In this document: one piece after another, positions 62,301-64,000 of the stretch
Position numbering within the stretch: position 1 is the first letter of the stretch
How the letters are laid out: each line of letters opens with the position of its first letter
Assembly (NCBI GenBank): GCA_010405405.1
Contig: MU004236.1
Coordinates: forward strand, 917,457 to 981,456
Reading direction: 5' to 3'
Origin: Microthyrium microscopicum
Taxonomy: Eukaryota
DNA: 64,000 nt
Translations under genes and position numbers: made by a program
The notes under the pieces: generated by a model
Told to the model about the DNA's origin: nothing
Databases searched by the model: none
What the model saw: only the letters and a program-made list of their open reading frames with translations

Positions 62301-64000
62301 CAACGCAGGTAGAGATAACAAACGGGAAGAGTACGCTCAAACGGAACAAATAGCCAATCGTACTGAACAACTGTACAAGACCTTGCTTCGGGCTCAAAGG
62401 AAGGGTACTAAAATCCAGGTCACCAAATTCGTTCCTGCATCGTCATTCAAACACATTGGACCAATGTTCCAGGTCACTTGGATGCCATTCTTGACAGCAC
62501 TATCTGGAGCAGCGCAGAACACCAATGACATTGAAACAGTTCGTCTCTGTATGGAAGGCCAAAAGCTTGCAATCCGAATTGCATGTCTCTTCGACCTTGC
62601 AGATCCCCGCCAAGCTTTTGTATCATCCCTAGCACGATTTACCAATCTTTACAACCTCAGCGAGATGAAGGCCCGAAACCTGGAGGCTCTGAAAGTGCTA
62701 CTTGAGGTATCATATACAGAGGGCAACTTCTTGAACGATTCCTGGAGAGATGTCCTCACCTGCATCAGTCAACTCGATCGATTCCAACTGATATCTACTG
62801 GCGTGGATGAAGGCGTTGTTCCTGATATGATGCGGCACCACGGACAAGGAAAGGCACCGCCAAAACCAAAACGAGCCGCGAAATCGCAGCGAAAGATCCA
62901 GAGCGGAAACGTCAACTACCAAGCTGATATTGCAGAAGAGACTCGCTCCGCAGATATTGTCCGTAGTGTGGACCGCATATTCACTAACACTGCAAATCTT
63001 TCTGGAGAAGCAATTCTTCACTTCGTCAAAGCCCTTACACAAGTTTCCTGGCAAGAAATACAATCTTCGGGTCAGAGCGAGTCGCCGCGGACATATAGTC
63101 TGCAAAAGCTCGTGGAAATCAGCGCTTACAACATGACCCGAGTGAGATTCCAGTGGGCCAATATCTGGCAAGTCTTGGGAGCGCATTTCAACCAAGTGGG
63201 TTGCCATACAAACACACATGTGGTTTATTTCGCCCTCGATTCGCTGCGCCAATTGTCGATGAAGTTCTTGGAGATTGAAGAGCTTCCTGGTTTCAAATTT
63301 CAAAAGGATTTCTTGAAGCCATTTGAGCATATCATCGGAAATTCCACGGTCGTGGCAGTGAAAGACATGGTGTTGAGATGTCTCATTCAGATGATACAAG
63401 CAAGAGGAGAGAACATTCGCAGTGGCTGGCGTACTATGTTTGGCGTTTTTACTGTTGCTGCTCGCGAACCTTACGGTATGTTTTATCCAATATACAGTGA
63501 ATTTCCGCTAATTCCTCGTAGAAAATATCGTTAACTTGGCTTATGACCACGTTACCCAAGTTTACAATAATCGATTCGGCGTTGTAATTTCCCAAGGAGC
63601 ATTCGCTGATCTTGTCGTCTGCTTGACGCAGTTTTCTAAGAATCAGAAGTTTCAGCGGAAAGCTCTTCAAGCAATTGAAGCACTCAAATCCTCTGTTGGT
63701 AAAATGCTTCGAACACCGGAATGCCCCTTGTCGGTCAGGAGAATTAAGAACGGTGATGGCACCGATGACTCAAAACCTGACTCGCCGCCGATCTCTCAAA
63801 CACAAGAAGAACAGTTCTGGTTCCCAGTTCTCTTCGCCTTCCATGATGTTTTGATGACAGGGGATGATCTCGAGGTCCGGTCACTGTAAGTTTCTTCCAT
63901 TTCTCTCCGCGTGTGGTATCTAACCTCATCCAGGGCGCTGAATTATTTGTTCGAAACCTTGTTGACTTACGGCGGAGATTTTCCCTTGGATTTCTGGGAT
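59353..64000 (+). CDS. SEC7: Arf guanine-nucleotide exchange factor Sec7 (BIG/Sec7 family), runs off window end
   Basis: DCB/HUS regions (YLNYDC), Sec7 domain FRLPGEAQKIDRFM, MLNTDQH, HDS regions. Introns ~63476-63520 and ~63886-63932. Confidence 0.96.

Overview
Gene-dense, intron-containing DNA from a filamentous ascomycete (Pezizomycotina-like: short GT-AG introns with CTAAC/CTGAC branch points). About 23 protein-coding genes. Housekeeping genes include RPB1, SWD1, BMS1, SEC7 (partial), EMW1/TTC27, mitochondrial MDH and carnitine acetyltransferase. I found no tRNA, rRNA, transposon or CRISPR array. Most notable: (1) a head-to-head pair of hydrophilic proteins sharing only a 28-residue strictly alternating C-terminal beta-strand motif, around a CRE/STRE-rich spacer; (2) a spliced secreted protein, missed by the ORF track, with a Q/N/P-rich Trp-periodic prion-like tail; (3) a MIT-less Vps4-like AAA ATPase with altered Walker A and pore loop, convergent with a gene whose spliced N-terminus resembles HeLo-like/SesA domains; (4) a ~10 kb block with three PTS1-bearing enzymes, each preceded by a FarA/B-type CCTCGG motif; (5) a divergent RPB1 with a degenerate CTD, head-to-head with SWD1; (6) a Whi5/Nrm1-like gene with MCB/SCB-like sites upstream. 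Gene models were spliced by eye and family calls come from recalled motifs, not database searches.
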